IMG/VR virus record: IMGVR_UViG_3300024191_000609
Span: 1 to 44,867 of that record
Strand: one strand, 5' to 3'
Length of the DNA: 44,867 bases
Source: a virus
Taxonomy: Duplodnaviria; Caudoviricetes
In this document: piece after piece, positions 17,412 to 26,817 of the stretch
Layout: each line of letters starts with the position of its first letter
How positions within the stretch are numbered: position 1 is the stretch's first letter
Notes under the pieces: model-generated
The model's database searches: none
What the model saw: only the letters and a program-made list of their open reading frames with translations
Told to the model about the DNA's origin: nothing
Made by a program: the position numbers and the translations under genes

Positions 17412-18017
17412 ATGAAAAAATTAAAGCAGTCATTTCTCTTTGAAAAATTAAAAAAAGAAAGGTTATCTTTTGCTGGTTACTTAGTATTGTATAACATATA
17501 TAACGAGCTACCAGTTAATGAGAAACACTTGGATAAACTATCTAAAGATTACTATGAAGTAAAAGAAAACAACATAGTGATTACAACAAAAGGGTTAGCT
17601 TTACTTGAGTCCATCGACAACTTATTCTATGCAAAAAAGAAACCTAAGTTAGATGACATACTTGGAACAGATTACAAAGAAAAACTGAAACAGTATGTTG
17701 AATTATTTCCTAAAGGAAAACTTGGGAGTAACGCTTATGCTAGAAGTAACATTAAGGACCTGGAAAGAAATTTCATTTGGTTCTTTCAAGAGTATGAAGA
17801 TTCATACGCTTGGGATGTTATCATCAAAGCAACTGAGTTTTACATAGAAGAACAGCGAAGAGCAAACTACAAGTACACACAAACATCAATGTATTTCATT
17901 CGCAAAGCAGACGTTAACAAGATTGTTAAATCAAACTTGGCAAATTATTGCGATAAGATTCTTGATGGTGATAATGTAAACAAAGAACACAGGTTCTTTA
18001 AAACAAATGTAATATGA
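17412..18017 (+). CDS. replication-associated protein upstream of helicase
   Basis: 201 aa, possible N-terminal wHTH; overlaps dnaB start; function inferred from position. Confidence 0.6.
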   Translation: MKKLKQSFLFEKLKKERLSFAGYLVLYNIYNELPVNEKHLDKLSKDYYEVKENNIVITTKGLALLESIDNLFYAKKKPKLDDILGTDYKEKLKQYVELFPKGKLGSNAYARSNIKDLERNFIWFFQEYEDSYAWDVIIKATEFYIEEQRRANYKYTQTSMYFIRKADVNKIVKSNLANYCDKILDGDNVNKEHRFFKTNVI

Positions 18018-19003
18018 AATGGAAAAGTCATAAACAGCATTACAACGAGGCTTTAAACTACATGCGTGGTAAACAAAAAGGAACTATCCTTACGTTTAAA
18101 ACGCCATGGAACTCGTTTAACAATGCAAGTATGCAAGGTCTTGAGTTCAACACGATAACATTAATCGGAGCCAGACCTGCATCAGGAAAAACATTATTGA
18201 TTGACCAGTTAATTCGTGAAGGATTTGTTTTAAACCCTGCGCTATCATTACGTGTGCTACAGTTTCAATTGGAAATGTTTGGTCGAACAACTAAACTGCG
18301 TGAGTTCTCTGCAGTAACTAAAAAAACATATAAACATTTATGTAGTGCTGAAGAAGAAGGAGTAGTAGTTGATGACAACCTAATTGAATTATGTAGACAA
18401 CATGCTATAAATGCATCAAAGTATCCAATAGATGTAATCGATGAGGCTGTTACTGTTAAAGAGTTCCGTGCTGAAATTATTCAGTACATGGAAAAACATG
18501 CAGTAGAGTTAACTAGAAAAGATGGTAGTCCATATAAGAAATATACTAACACTGTAATAACATTAGACCACTCGGTATTAGTTAAGAAAGTAAAAGAAGA
18601 ATCAGGTAAGCAAGAAATGTTAGCTAACCTGGGTGAAGTTTGTACTGAACTTAAAAAGAAATTTCCAATTGCATTCATACTGTTGACACAGTTAAACAGG
18701 GAAACAGATAGACCTGAAAGAAATGAGAATGGTAAGTATGGAAATCATATTTTAGAGTCAGACATATATGGTGGTGATGGTTTGCTACAACATGCAGACA
18801 TCGTGGTTGGTATTAACAAACCAGCAAAAAGAAAGATAAGATTTTATGGACCTGAAAGATACATCATTGATGATCCTGAAACTTTAGTGTTCCATTGGAT
18901 TAAATCTAGGAATGGTGATACAGGTATGAGTTTCTTTAAAGCAGAGTTTCAACACATGAGAATTGATGAAATGGATACACCAGGTCAAGACCTTAAACAA
19001 TAA
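18014..19003 (+). CDS. dnaB: DnaB-like replicative helicase
   Basis: GARPASGKT, FQLEM, ITLDH, LTQLNR, KSRNG. Confidence 0.9.
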   Translation: MKWKSHKQHYNEALNYMRGKQKGTILTFKTPWNSFNNASMQGLEFNTITLIGARPASGKTLLIDQLIREGFVLNPALSLRVLQFQLEMFGRTTKLREFSAVTKKTYKHLCSAEEEGVVVDDNLIELCRQHAINASKYPIDVIDEAVTVKEFRAEIIQYMEKHAVELTRKDGSPYKKYTNTVITLDHSVLVKKVKEESGKQEMLANLGEVCTELKKKFPIAFILLTQLNRETDRPERNENGKYGNHILESDIYGGDGLLQHADIVVGINKPAKRKIRFYGPERYIIDDPETLVFHWIKSRNGDTGMSFFKAEFQHMRIDEMDTPGQDLKQ

Positions 19004-19006
19004 AAA

Positions 19007-19606
19007 ATGGACAACAAATTAGAGATGCAGAGCAAAGCAGAAGTACTTTTAAGTTACCACAAAAAAACTTTTAAGTTACTTAAAGAAGAAAAGCCTTACT
19101 ATAAGCCAACGTTGTTTTATCCAGCAAAAATTAATAAGGTAAAAACTTTAGCTGTTAACTTTTGGGATAACGAAATGGATCATGAAGGATTCCTTTATGT
19201 TGAACAAACAACTAAAGATCGTGATTTAATAAACACGAAAGAAAGGATTCTTTACAGATGGAAACCTAATCCAAGAAACGAGTGTCATAAAGAATCAAGT
19301 AAAGATAAACAAAGTGTTTATTACGTTATCCCTGTAGAAGAACTTGAAGTAGTATCTATTAACGGAGTGTTATTAGATACGAATTTAATTCCTAAATCAA
19401 ATCCTATTAGAACTAAGAAAGTTGAATCTACTTCTTTCAATCAAGGGTTTGATGACGATGAGGATGATGACAATGGTTTACCTGATCCAGATTTAGATTT
19501 ACCTATGGATCAAATGACAACTCGTGATTACGCAGCAATTCAATTAAGAGTTCCAGACTCACACAAACCGTGGTTAAATGAAATGATTAAAAAAGCAAAT
19601 AAATGA
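19007..19606 (+). CDS. hypothetical protein
   Basis: 199 aa; acidic linker and C-terminal MTTRDYAAI motif. Confidence 0.75.
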   Translation: MDNKLEMQSKAEVLLSYHKKTFKLLKEEKPYYKPTLFYPAKINKVKTLAVNFWDNEMDHEGFLYVEQTTKDRDLINTKERILYRWKPNPRNECHKESSKDKQSVYYVIPVEELEVVSINGVLLDTNLIPKSNPIRTKKVESTSFNQGFDDDEDDDNGLPDPDLDLPMDQMTTRDYAAIQLRVPDSHKPWLNEMIKKANK

Positions 19607-20415
19607 GTGAAGAAAAGAAAGAAGTAGGGTTTGTCTTACCGACTAAACCAACAAAGAGTCAACTTATTAACCCAAGTCCTTTATTAATATTTGGTAAACC
19701 TAAGATAGGTAAAACAACAACTGTTGCAGCAATACCAAACTGTTTAGTGATTAACCTGGAAGATAAGATTCAAACCACTGATGGTATGATAACTTTTGCT
19801 AAAGACATTACGACTTTAAAGAAAGTATTAGCAGCCATTAAGAAAGCAGGTAATCCTTACAAGTATGTAGCAATAGATACATTAACTAAGCTAGAAGAAT
19901 TTTGTATTCCGGAAGCTGAAAGATTGTATATGAAAACTCCAATGGGTAAGGACTCATGGATTAAGAAAGATGACAACGGTAAGTTGTTACCTACATGTGG
20001 TAAAGCTAAGTACGGAAGTATTATCTTTTTACCAAATGGTTCTGGATACCAGTACTTAAGAGCTGCTTTCCAACAGATAACTAACATGGTAGAACAAATT
20101 GCCGACAATGTTATCTATATTGCTCACGTTAAAGATACAAACATCCTTAAGGATGGAGCAGAGTTTACATCTAGTGACATTAACTTACTAGGTAAAAACA
20201 AACAGTCTATATCTGCAGCGGCACAAGCTATTGCATTTATGACAAGAATTGGAAATAAAAATTATCTTTGTTTCCAACCAGGTGATGATGTCTTATCTGG
20301 CTGTAAAATAAAAAGACTAGATGGTAAAGAAATATTAATCAGTGAGTATGATGAAGATGATAATCTAATCACACACTGGAATGATGTTTACATCGAAGAA
20401 AAAAAAAGTAAATAA
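19603..20415 (+). CDS. AAA_24/Sak4-like ATPase
   Basis: GKPKIGKTT, VAIDTLT, IAHVKD. Confidence 0.8.
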   Translation: MSEEKKEVGFVLPTKPTKSQLINPSPLLIFGKPKIGKTTTVAAIPNCLVINLEDKIQTTDGMITFAKDITTLKKVLAAIKKAGNPYKYVAIDTLTKLEEFCIPEAERLYMKTPMGKDSWIKKDDNGKLLPTCGKAKYGSIIFLPNGSGYQYLRAAFQQITNMVEQIADNVIYIAHVKDTNILKDGAEFTSSDINLLGKNKQSISAAAQAIAFMTRIGNKNYLCFQPGDDVLSGCKIKRLDGKEILISEYDEDDNLITHWNDVYIEEKKSK

Positions 20416-20444
20416 TTTTAAATCAAATAATAAAAAGTAAAGTC

Positions 20445-21191
20445 ATGGGAATTTCAACTAAAGTAGTAAAGAAAGCATTTATTTCAAAAGAATTAAAGCC
20501 AGGTAACATTGTTGCAAAAATTAACAAGTTAGAGTTAAAGAAAAGCGATAATCCTAGAGAAGAAGGTAAAGACGAGTGGACATTAATGTTACACTTAGAA
20601 GGTAAACCAATGGGTAAAGACTTCGTAGGTTTCGACAAAGTGTTTGGAGATCCAAGTAAAGGACAGTACTTAGGTCAAACTGTACGTGTTAAAGCTACAA
20701 GATACCCTATTAGAACATTCAGCTGGACTAGTAAGAAAGATGGTAGCGAACAAACCAAAACAGATGTTGAACAAATACTAGGGTTCATTCAGCAACTATG
20801 CGATGTTGTTGGTAAAGACTGGTTAGATGAAATCGATGGTAAGTTTGAAACACTTGAAGAAATTGCTTCTGCTTTCAACAGACAGAAAGTAGTTAAAGAT
20901 GTTTACATGAGTTGGTTAGTAGGAGCTGAACAAAAAGTAAACAGTAAAGGGTACGATGTGTACTACTGTTTCTTACCTGATTATAGAACAGCTAAAACAG
21001 TTGTTGCTAAAGAAGGTGGTTTAGTTACTGAGTTCGATCAAGCAGTTCACATCATTGCTGATAAGAAGTCATCTGAAGAAAGCGAATCATTAATTGACGG
21101 AACAGATGATGAAGATTTAACTGATGAGTTATTAGATGACTCAGATGAAGAATTATTCGACATCGATGGAGATGATGAAGAAGCATTCTAA
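20445..21191 (+). CDS. putative single-stranded DNA-binding protein
   Basis: Beta-rich body, very acidic tail ending EEAF; follows Sak4-like ATPase. Confidence 0.55.
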   Translation: MGISTKVVKKAFISKELKPGNIVAKINKLELKKSDNPREEGKDEWTLMLHLEGKPMGKDFVGFDKVFGDPSKGQYLGQTVRVKATRYPIRTFSWTSKKDGSEQTKTDVEQILGFIQQLCDVVGKDWLDEIDGKFETLEEIASAFNRQKVVKDVYMSWLVGAEQKVNSKGYDVYYCFLPDYRTAKTVVAKEGGLVTEFDQAVHIIADKKSSEESESLIDGTDDEDLTDELLDDSDEELFDIDGDDEEAF

Positions 21192-21214
21192 GTAAAAATA
21201 AATTTGACATGTTT

Positions 21215-21247
21215 AAAGGGTTGCTGTATATTAGCAACCCTTTTTTT
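21215..21247 (+). terminator. intrinsic terminator
   Basis: AAAGGGTTGCT-GTATATT-AGCAACCCTTT then T run. Confidence 0.85.
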
Positions 21248-21260
21248 AATTTTTAGAGAT

Positions 21261-22271
21261 ATGATAACAACTGTAAAGTACAACAATAAAAACTTTCCAA
21301 TTCCTTCAGAAAGAGTATTTGAGAAACTATTAAACTTAGAAGAAAAGCTAACAGGCCAAGAAGTTAAAATACGTTCTATATTCAGCTCTAAAGATAATAC
21401 ACCAAGCATGGTTATTTTCTATGGAGATGAAGGTTTTTATAGGTTTAAAGATTTTTCTTCTGGTAGATATGGTGACATTGCTGACGTAGCACAACACTTA
21501 TTTGATATACCATCAAGACAAGATGCTTTCATTAAGATTAAAAAAATGTTTGAAGCTGATCCAGACTTCAAAGTAGAAGGGTTAAAAAGATCAGGCTATC
21601 AAAAAACAACAAAAGAAATTACATCACACACCATTAGAAAATGGAACAAACGTGATGAAGAATACTACAAAGAGTATTACATAGGTGGTAGCTTCTTAAA
21701 AGAATACATAATCAAACCTTTATCTGAATACGAGATAACAATTACTAGAGGCACCAGTTCAGAGTCCATGGTTTTTAAATCGGCTATGAGTTACGGTTAC
21801 TTTAATAAGGCAGGTGAACTTTGTAAAATATACAACCCAAAAAATACTAAGGCTAAGTTTATTAAAGTTAAAGAGTTCATTCAGGGAAGTGAACAACTTA
21901 AATTTGAAGCACCGTGCTTAATTATAGCATCATCAATGAAAGATATAGGTGCTGCAAAGTCAATGAGAATTAAAGGTATTGAATACATCGCTCCAGATAG
22001 TGAGAATGTACATGTTCCTAAAGATAAAATTGATTTCTACAAAACTAAGTACAAATACATATTCACAATGTTTGATAACGACATAGCCGGAATGAAAGCT
22101 ATGAAGCAGTATCAAGACTTGTATGGAATAAGCTACATATATTTTACTGTAGAAAAAGATATAGCTGAATGTGTTAAACAGCATGGTCCAAGTAACACAA
22201 AATTATTCTTTAAACCCGTATTAAAAGATGCAATTAGAAAGGAAAATAGTAGACTTAATAAACTCAAATGA
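21261..22271 (+). CDS. DNA primase (Toprim)
   Basis: KDNTPSM...FKDFSSG N-domain; IIASSMKD and MFDNDIAG Toprim motifs; KDIAE; ATG 21261 lies after the terminator. Confidence 0.85.
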   Translation: MITTVKYNNKNFPIPSERVFEKLLNLEEKLTGQEVKIRSIFSSKDNTPSMVIFYGDEGFYRFKDFSSGRYGDIADVAQHLFDIPSRQDAFIKIKKMFEADPDFKVEGLKRSGYQKTTKEITSHTIRKWNKRDEEYYKEYYIGGSFLKEYIIKPLSEYEITITRGTSSESMVFKSAMSYGYFNKAGELCKIYNPKNTKAKFIKVKEFIQGSEQLKFEAPCLIIASSMKDIGAAKSMRIKGIEYIAPDSENVHVPKDKIDFYKTKYKYIFTMFDNDIAGMKAMKQYQDLYGISYIYFTVEKDIAECVKQHGPSNTKLFFKPVLKDAIRKENSRLNKLK

Positions 22272-22647
22272 TCTTGAGAACTCAAGCTTAGGACTCAACC
22301 TAGCAAAAAACAAAGTAACCAAAGCAACTGTATTAACCTGGTACATAATACTAATAAAGGAAATAACAAATCCTCAAGTAAAAGGACACTTAACTCTTAG
22401 AAAAGCGTATGATGACCTAAACAATGAGATTTATAAACACGCAGGTTTTAGAGCAATAAGCGAATTAGATGTAACTGCAGCTGTAACATGGTTACAAAAA
22501 AACTTTACTGAAGCCTCTCCTGAATCAATTCAAAAGTTATTAGAAGCTATAGTAGAAAGAACATACAACTACGTTACAAAGAAAGTAGATAACGAAGAGT
22601 ACATTAAGAAAACAAAATCATTAATCCCAATATTAAATGGACATTAA
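22228..22647 (+). CDS. hypothetical protein
   Basis: 139-aa ORF. Confidence 0.65.
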   Translation: MQLERKIVDLINSNDLENSSLGLNLAKNKVTKATVLTWYIILIKEITNPQVKGHLTLRKAYDDLNNEIYKHAGFRAISELDVTAAVTWLQKNFTEASPESIQKLLEAIVERTYNYVTKKVDNEEYIKKTKSLIPILNGH

Positions 22648-23851
22648 CCACAACCTTGCAGTAGTATGTAAGAACCTTATGTTTAAACAACCCTTCTACG
22701 GATTGTTATTACTTAACCTTCAAAAAGAATGGTGTAGTAAAATTCAAACAGCAGGCGTAGGACTTAACGGATTAAATTACAAATTAAAAATTAACCCTGA
22801 ATTTTGGGAAAGTTTATCGGAAGATCATAAATATGGCTTACTTCAACATGAGCTAATGCACATAGCATTCTTCCATATAACAGAATACAAACACTTAAAA
22901 AATAGAGAGATTGCTAACGTAGCAATGGATCTTGAAATCAATCAAGGTATTCCTGAAAAGAATCTTCCTACTGGTGGAGTTACCTTAAAAAACTTTGAAG
23001 ACCTCGACTTACTTCAAAATGAAGGAACAAACACCTACTACAAGAAGTTGATGAAGGAAGAAGAAAAGAAAGAAGAAGAGCAAGGAGGCGGTCAATCTTT
23101 AAGTGATATGATTAAAGAAGCTCTTGCAGAAGGAGAAGGTAGTATTGACATGAACGGTTCACCAATGGACATACCTGATCACAATTGGGATGACTTCACT
23201 GGTCTTACAGAAGCCGAAGAAAAGCTTATAGACAGACAGCTTGCTCAAACTCTTAGTAACGTAGTAGAGCAAGTAAAGAAATCACAAGGTCATATTCCTA
23301 GTAACGTAGAGATACTACTAGAGAAACATCTTAAAATTGAACCACCTAAGTTTAATTGGAAAGCTTACGTAAGAAGATTCGTTGGTAACTCAATAAAATC
23401 TACTGTAAGAAAAACTAAGAGAAAGCAATCAAAGAGATTTGAACTTGACTTCGGCATAAGGATACAAGAGCATTCACATATACTCATTGGTATCGATTCC
23501 TCAGCATCGGTATCCGACAAAGAGATACACGAGTTCATGAATGAAATTAAACACATGAACAAGACAGGACATCAGTTCACAATAATCTTTGCTGATACTC
23601 AAATGCAAGAGCCTTTCGTTTATAAACCTAACGCTCAGATAGTCATTAAGAAGCGTGGTGGTACTGATTTCAACCCAGTGGTCGATTACTATCATCAACA
23701 CAAGAATCGCTTCTCTACGCTAATCTATCTAACAGATGGTGAAGCTCCTCTTCCTAACAACCCTGTAAAGAATATGCTGTGGGTATTATCAACAATCAGT
23801 GGTGATGCAGATCACTTAAAAGAATCAGGTAAAGTAATTAAACTGAATTAA
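22637..23851 (+). CDS. HEXXH metallopeptidase-vWA domain protein (DUF2201-like)
   Basis: HELMH; MIDAS DSSAS, GGTDF, LTDG. Confidence 0.9.
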   Translation: MDINHNLAVVCKNLMFKQPFYGLLLLNLQKEWCSKIQTAGVGLNGLNYKLKINPEFWESLSEDHKYGLLQHELMHIAFFHITEYKHLKNREIANVAMDLEINQGIPEKNLPTGGVTLKNFEDLDLLQNEGTNTYYKKLMKEEEKKEEEQGGGQSLSDMIKEALAEGEGSIDMNGSPMDIPDHNWDDFTGLTEAEEKLIDRQLAQTLSNVVEQVKKSQGHIPSNVEILLEKHLKIEPPKFNWKAYVRRFVGNSIKSTVRKTKRKQSKRFELDFGIRIQEHSHILIGIDSSASVSDKEIHEFMNEIKHMNKTGHQFTIIFADTQMQEPFVYKPNAQIVIKKRGGTDFNPVVDYYHQHKNRFSTLIYLTDGEAPLPNNPVKNMLWVLSTISGDADHLKESGKVIKLN

Positions 23852-23852
23852 C

Positions 23853-24275
23853 ATGAATGATTTAGAAGCATTAAAACACACCTTAGAAACAGGTATGACA
23901 ATACCACCATCAAGTTGTATTACTTGTTATTACTACAATAATGAATACAAACATGGGTGTAACCTTTTTGAAAGTAAAGAGCAAATGAAGCGTTGTATAA
24001 AGAATGATCACAGAGCAGGGATAAGAACCATTTATTTAAAAGAAAAGAAACAAAGCCTTGAAGCTGTAGATGTTCCATACAAAGTTGTTTCAAAGTCGAA
24101 ACATAATGGAAACCAGATTAAAAAGAAAGTGTATGTAAACGAAAAAACTTTCAAACGGTATAGCCCAGACATAATTAAACGTTGGGGTTGGCATTACGAC
24201 ATAGAAGTTTACAAGTTTATAAACAACACTTGGGTTAAAATTAAAACAGAAAACAATGTTAACAATAAGTTGTAA
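23853..24275 (+). CDS. hypothetical protein
   Basis: 140 aa, CxxC...C N-terminus. Confidence 0.65.
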   Translation: MNDLEALKHTLETGMTIPPSSCITCYYYNNEYKHGCNLFESKEQMKRCIKNDHRAGIRTIYLKEKKQSLEAVDVPYKVVSKSKHNGNQIKKKVYVNEKTFKRYSPDIIKRWGWHYDIEVYKFINNTWVKIKTENNVNNKL

Positions 24276-24477
24276 ATCAAAAAAGATCTTCTTAGCAATC
24301 AATGAAAACTTCATTGGTCCTGAAGAAAAATTACAGATAGCTTACTACAAAGCACAAGGTTGCCTATTAGAAATAGTAGAATCTTACAAGTTCCCTGATG
24401 AATGCAAATGCAATCATTGTAAAACTTTAGAGCACAAGTTTGAAGAAACAATTGAAGAAATCAAAAAAGATGTTTAA
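24256..24477 (+). CDS. hypothetical protein
   Basis: 73 aa, CKCNHC. Confidence 0.6.
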   Translation: MLTISCKSKKIFLAINENFIGPEEKLQIAYYKAQGCLLEIVESYKFPDECKCNHCKTLEHKFEETIEEIKKDV

Positions 24478-24619
24478 AGCAATTAGAGTACCAGAAGCAG
24501 ATTCAATGCCTTTTGATAGGTGGACTGCTTACATGTGGTGCGTATTAATAACCAAAGGATTAACCAAGACTCACTATCTATGTACAGTAGATGGTGAGAG
24601 TTGGATTAAACCTCATTAA
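24470..24619 (+). CDS. small hypothetical protein (49 aa)
   Basis: MFKAIRVPEAD...KPH*, fills gap; not in ORF track. Confidence 0.5.
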   Translation: MFKAIRVPEADSMPFDRWTAYMWCVLITKGLTKTHYLCTVDGESWIKPH

Positions 24620-24870
24620 AAAGAAATAGTATGGAAAAAATACCAACAGCTGAAGAAATATTAAAGTTGTACTATAATGGGGCAAGAGATGAAGATGGTG
24701 ACCCAATTTATTATGATTGGAGTATCCATGATGCCATGATTGATTTTGCTAAACTTCATGTAGAAGCTACATTACAAGAAATTGAAATCCAAAGGTGTAT
24801 AAATCACCACCCTCCAATACAATTCATCAACAAAACATATTTAATAAAAAATATTAAGTAGTATGAAAAA
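24616..24870 (+). repeat. direct repeat copy 1 (MEKIPTAE gene plus junctions)
   Basis: 24616-24654 matches 25751-25789 (1 mismatch in 39); 24745-24870 matches 25847-25972 (10 mismatches in 126). Confidence 0.9.
24631..24861 (+). CDS. hypothetical protein (MEKIPTAE paralog 1)
   Basis: 76 aa; paralog of 25766-25963. Confidence 0.75.
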   Translation: MEKIPTAEEILKLYYNGARDEDGDPIYYDWSIHDAMIDFAKLHVEATLQEIEIQRCINHHPPIQFINKTYLIKNIK

Positions 24871-25126
24871 ATTTATTAAAATATTAATGTTAGCTCTTCT
24901 ATTAAACAGTTGTTCTGATTACGAAGTAGTCGACACTAAAATTGTTAAAGGTGTTATATCAGCTAAAGATGAAGGTCGTAGAGGTAGATTTAAAACATTA
25001 CCGAAATTCTACGTGCAATCTGCTAAAGAAACTATTAAAATAGATATTCCATTTGCAGATGAGAATTTGTTTAAAGTAGGTGATACTATCTGTGTAGTAG
25101 TTAAAACAGTAAAGAAAGTAAACTGA
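24863..25126 (+). CDS. putative lipoprotein
   Basis: Signal peptide with lipobox LLNSC. Confidence 0.7.
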   Translation: MKKFIKILMLALLLNSCSDYEVVDTKIVKGVISAKDEGRRGRFKTLPKFYVQSAKETIKIDIPFADENLFKVGDTICVVVKTVKKVN

Positions 25127-25147
25127 TTATTAAAATAAACAGAAATT

Positions 25148-25393
25148 ATGTGGAAATACGAACAAGAATTTAGAATAGACAAGCCTGAAACAGTAGGTGA
25201 AACAGATAAGCATTTTGATTTAGATAATTACAAAGATTGGTTAGAAGAACAATTGACTGACTGCCGTAAGCAATTATCTGTACAAAGTGTTAGCAATCTT
25301 TTATGTGGCTCTTTCGACTCTGACACAACAACAAGTAGTGCAACAAAATGTAAGTGTGGACGTGAAAAGTGGGAACACCCTAAAGTCAAATAA
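25148..25393 (+). CDS. hypothetical protein containing attC-like arm
   Basis: 81 aa; QLSVQSVSN encoded across GCAATTA-N11-TGTTAGCAA. Confidence 0.65.
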   Translation: MWKYEQEFRIDKPETVGETDKHFDLDNYKDWLEEQLTDCRKQLSVQSVSNLLCGSFDSDTTTSSATKCKCGREKWEHPKVK

Positions 25394-25598
25394 TTGTAGC
25401 TAACGGTTTGTGTATGGCGTTGTTGCGGAATTGATTACGAAACTTAATAAATATAAACGAAATGAAAGTAACACAGATTGAAAAATTAAACCAACTTATA
25501 TCAAGAACAGATATGAGTGGAAACCAAAAAGTAGAATGGCTCACAAACTTTATTGATGAGTACGTAACCGAGCAATTACGGTTAAACGATGTTAGCAA
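25270..25598 (+). repeat. attC-like GTTAGC/GCTAAC recombination-site candidates
   Basis: GTTAGC 25289-94, GCTAAC 25399-404, GTTAGC 25591-96; both GTTAGC are preceded by GCAATTA at identical spacing. Confidence 0.5.
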
Positions 25599-25764
25599 CC
25601 GCAGGGAACTGTTAATTGACCTTTTAACAAGCCTTGAAAAAGGTGGGGGAAATAGATTTGTAAGTAAAGAATGGATTGCTGAATTTGGGTTTATACCAAT
25701 AGACCAAAGAATGCCAAGTACAGCAAAATGTTGTAAATGTAATGTGAAATTTAAAAAGAAATAG
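25462..25764 (+). CDS. hypothetical protein containing attC-like arm
   Basis: 100 aa; QLRLNDVSNRRELL. Confidence 0.65.
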   Translation: MKVTQIEKLNQLISRTDMSGNQKVEWLTNFIDEYVTEQLRLNDVSNRRELLIDLLTSLEKGGGNRFVSKEWIAEFGFIPIDQRMPSTAKCCKCNVKFKKK

Positions 25765-25972
25765 TATGGAAAAGATACCAACAGCTGAAAAGTTTATGAG
25801 AGGACAAGAATTAAGCATTTCTTCTATACAAAACATGATGATACAATTTGCTAAACTTCATGTAGAACAAGCATTGAAAGAAATTGAAATGCAAAGGTGT
25901 ATACATCACTACCCTCCAATACAATTCATCAACAAAACATACTTAATAAAAAATATTAAGTAGTATGAAAAA
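25751..25972 (+). repeat. direct repeat copy 2 (MEKIPTAE gene plus junctions)
   Basis: Matches 24616-24870 at both ends; central segment differs. Confidence 0.9.
25766..25963 (+). CDS. hypothetical protein (MEKIPTAE paralog 2)
   Basis: 65 aa; paralog of 24631-24861. Confidence 0.75.
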   Translation: MEKIPTAEKFMRGQELSISSIQNMMIQFAKLHVEQALKEIEMQRCIHHYPPIQFINKTYLIKNIK

Positions 25973-26360
25973 GTATTTTGTAAGCTTTACCCAGGCGGTA
26001 GCATTAAAAGAATTAGGATTTGATGAAAATTGTTTTGCAACTTTTGACTCAGATAAATGGTTTGAGGTACAAGATTTTGCACAAAATTATGATACATTTC
26101 CTTCACATATAATTGCAGCACCTCTTAAAGCTCAAGTGTTTGAATGGTTTAGAGAAAAACATAAAATAGGTCATGATATACTTTGTCCATTTATTTCCTT
26201 TCAAGGTAAAGACGGCAAACTACATGGAGAAAATGCTAAATTTGAAATGTACATTACAGATGAAGAGCAGTTGTCTATAACAGATGAAGAATTTTATCAT
26301 AATTCATACGAAGAAGCTGAATCAGCGGCAATTGATAAACTAATAGAATTATTGAAATGA
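25965..26360 (+). CDS. hypothetical phage protein
   Basis: FV...A..LKELGFDE.C...AAPL...VFEWFREKH...YEEAE pattern, recalled as common in Bacteroidota phages. Confidence 0.75.
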   Translation: MKKYFVSFTQAVALKELGFDENCFATFDSDKWFEVQDFAQNYDTFPSHIIAAPLKAQVFEWFREKHKIGHDILCPFISFQGKDGKLHGENAKFEMYITDEEQLSITDEEFYHNSYEEAESAAIDKLIELLK

Positions 26361-26611
26361 GGAAATTAAATATAAACATAGGAAACTTACTAATGTTAAC
26401 AAGTGTAATTGTAATGTCAGTATATACATATACAGTTAGAAGAAGAAACAATGAACTTGTTAAATTATACAATAAAAAAGTTGAGGAGGTAAAGTTACAT
26501 AATAGTATTGTTACAACATTTAAAAGTTTTGTATCTAAAGTAGACACTCTTCAAGTAAACCTTGAAAAACACAGAACTGAATGTCCTCACTATAAAAACA
26601 AACTAAAATGA
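26357..26611 (+). CDS. membrane-anchored hypothetical protein
   Basis: N-terminal TM plus coiled coil. Confidence 0.6.
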   Translation: MRKLNINIGNLLMLTSVIVMSVYTYTVRRRNNELVKLYNKKVEEVKLHNSIVTTFKSFVSKVDTLQVNLEKHRTECPHYKNKLK

Positions 26612-26615
26612 AATT

Positions 26616-26807
26616 ATGACAACTAAAGAAGAAGTACAAAAAGAATTAAGTCAAGTTTTACATGGTCACCCATCAAGAACACTTGAATTAAGATTGAAAA
26701 GGTGTGAAGAAATTATAATCTTATTAGCTGAAAAAATTGATAAGATTTATCAAGAAGGATTTGAAAATGGTTATGACAATGGAATAGAGGATGCTATAAA
26801 TAAATAG
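26616..26807 (+). CDS. hypothetical protein
   Basis: 63 aa; YQEGFENGYDNG. Confidence 0.6.
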   Translation: MTTKEEVQKELSQVLHGHPSRTLELRLKRCEEIIILLAEKIDKIYQEGFENGYDNGIEDAINK

Positions 26808-26817
26808 AATTATTGAA

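Noticed and set aside
21204-21260. Hydrophobic N-terminal extension of the primase
   Set aside because: It is the translation of the terminator hairpin and T run; ATG 21261 is more plausible
24616-25972. Diversity-generating retroelement TR/VR pair
   Set aside because: Mismatches are not confined to adenines of one copy, both copies are coding, and no reverse transcriptase is present in the window
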